The notes under the pieces: model-generated
Told to the model about the DNA's origin: nothing
Databases searched by the model: none
The model's input: only the letters and a program-made list of their open reading frames with translations
Translations under genes and position numbers: made by a program
Source: Vicugna vicugna
Lineage: Eukaryota
Direction of reading: 5' to 3'
Assembly: GCA_013265495.1 (NCBI GenBank)
Contig: MU057701.1
Location: forward strand, 1,240,001 to 1,304,000
Length of the DNA: 64,000 nt
Shown: piece by piece, positions 62,295 to 64,000 of the stretch
Numbering within the stretch: position 1 is the stretch's first letter
Layout of the letters: the number at the start of each line of letters is the position of its first letter

Positions 62295-62450
62295 CTAGGT
62301 CAAGGTTCTCCAAGTTTGTTAAAATACAGGTGGTTTGACACCACCTCTGACACCGGTCTGGAGTGGGCTGAGAATTTGCATGTCTAACAAATTCCCGTGT
62401 GCTGCTGCTGCTGCTTTTGGTCTGGGAACATACTTTTAGAACCACTTTCT
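62295..62450. mobile_element. MER5A-like hAT element
   Basis: gaatttgcatgtctaacaaattccc...tacttttaagaaccactttct. Confidence 0.7.
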
Positions 62451-62542
62451 AGATGCTCTGAGTTCTGCTCTGCTTCTTGTTTGAAGGGGTAGAGTTGTTC
62501 TTACTCCCCAGCAATCGGAGGGATTGCTCCAGATTGGCCAGC

Positions 62543-62556
62543 AGAGAGAGAGAGAG

Positions 62557-62588
<32 letters not shown>
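62543..62588. repeat. (AG)n(TG)n compound microsatellite
   Basis: visible run. Confidence 0.95.
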
Positions 62589-62590
<2 letters not shown>

Positions 62591-62969
62591 GAGGGGAGGG
62601 TGGGACCCACAATAAAAAAATGGCTTCCCTCCTCAGCTGTACACTCTTCCCCACCTTGACTTCGCAGTTCCCCACTGTCTTCCAACAAGCAGCACTTGAG
62701 GGCTGGCTATTTTGGGAAATGGCTCACAGGGCGTAGCTCTGGCTCTTCAACCCCCTTTTCCCCTGAGTAATACAAAGGAAAACTGCTCCTCCAGATAAGC
62801 AAAAGGGCATCAGCTGGCCTGCTTCCGAGGAGCAGCCTGAGGGGGGGCTCTGAGAAGGACCAGGGCCCCGGCAACGGTGTTGGGGGCTGCCAGCTGAGGA
62901 TGTCGGGGATCCTGTTGGCCGTGGGAGGCAGCAGGTCTCTGCAATCTTAGCTTTAGGCTCTAAGCTCAG

Positions 62970-63210
62970 CTTTTTTTTTTTTTAACTGTGGTAAAATATA
63001 CATAGCATTTGCTTTTTTAACCATTTTTAAGCGTATGTTTCTGTAACACCAAGTATATTCACACCAGCATCACCATCAGATGATCCAACTCTAGAACTTT
63101 TCATCTTTCCAGACTGATATTCCTACCAATTAAATGATAGTTCCTCACACCCCCCAGCCCCTGGTAACGACCGTTTTACTCTGTGTCTCTGTGAATTTGA
63201 CTATGTTCAG
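62970..63210 (-). mobile_element. L1MB-like 3' end
   Basis: tttaactgtggtaaaatatacata...ccccagcccctggtaac...tctgtgaatttgact. Confidence 0.8.
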
Positions 63211-64000
63211 CTTTTTAATCTGTCAAATTAGATGGTTGAATGAATGAGTTTAAGTTGCCTTTCAGTCATAACATTCTGAGAGTCTCCAGTGTCCTGGCAT
63301 TTGGAAGCAATGCTCATTTGTCTTTGCCTTGGTCACCCCAGACCTGTGCCTCTGATCTGTTTGTTGCAGGGGCAGGGAGTCGGTCACTTCTAAGAGTCAC
63401 TCCCCAGGTCCCTTGGAGCCAGTCCTAATCTTTTACGCACCCTTGACTCCAGAGTTTTCCCTTCAAATCTGAATAAAGTCCTGGATCCCAGAGGCTGCAT
63501 CCATGTCAGTCAGAGGCCAGCCTGGACGGTTCTTGAAACTGCAGACCTAGTGGAAAATAGCCTAAGCAGGAGACCTGGGGTTTGGTCTCAGCTCTGCTCT
63601 TGTCAGGTTCTAAGCCTTGGCCCCACCCCTCACTTCTCTGTCAGGCATTAGTTTTCTCACTAATTCTCAATAAAATGCCCTCAGCCTCTGGGATTGCTGC
63701 AGGGTGAACACCTTGGTGTTCCTGGGGTGCACGTGGTCCTTGAGTGGACAGGGGCTGCGGTGGCAGCTAGGTTCTATAAAACGGGAAGGAGGGAGGCATC
63801 TCTTCCAATTCAGTCTCTCCCGCTGGGTCTTGGCCACGGTCAGACGTGTCTGCTCTTCTGTTTGGAGCCCATTTTGTCGACATACAGCTGAGCTAACATC
63901 TCCTCATCCCAGCAGTTAACTTAGTCTAAGGCGAGGAAACCTCTCGACCTTTGAGCTTCTTTGCTTTCCAGCTGTTAGACGATTCTTTGCTATGTGTCCC

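Noticed and set aside
59140..64000. PECAM1 exons 15-16
   Set aside because: No match to a D(A/L)VE.RYS mini-exon or terminal exon seen; probably beyond the window
1..64000. Prokaryotic-type systems (CRISPR, operons, IS elements)
   Set aside because: The sequence is a mammalian spliced gene plus interspersed repeats; no repeat-spacer array or dense coding

Overview
Mammalian genomic DNA, most likely camelid (alpaca/llama/camel), judged from six tRNA-derived SINEs resembling Vic-1 and young artiodactyl-type L1 3' ends. The only protein-coding gene I can support is PECAM1 (CD31) on the + strand. ATG is at 26521, and 14 coding exons run to 59139 with canonical GT-AG boundaries and an open frame (2164 nt in total): signal peptide, six Ig domains, TM segment, and cytoplasmic ITIM VEYTEV and ITSM TVYSEI. 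I did not find exons 15-16; they probably lie beyond the right edge. The first 26 kb and the introns are repeat-rich (L1, L2, L3/CR1, MIR, MaLR LTRs, hAT elements, microsatellites). I found no new multi-gene system. The best observations are: two short strong-Kozak uORFs in the PECAM1 leader; a 70-bp near-identical dispersed duplication in intron 2; two TSD-bounded candidate L1 3' transductions; a twin-primed L1; a head-to-head L1/L1 palindrome; inverted Vic-1 pairs around in-frame Ig exons; an unpaired Cys in Ig domain 1 and a one-codon-shorter Ig domain 3; and recurring FOX:ETS-type motifs plus a CTCF-like site. Repeat family names and human PECAM1 comparisons are from memory, not from searches.
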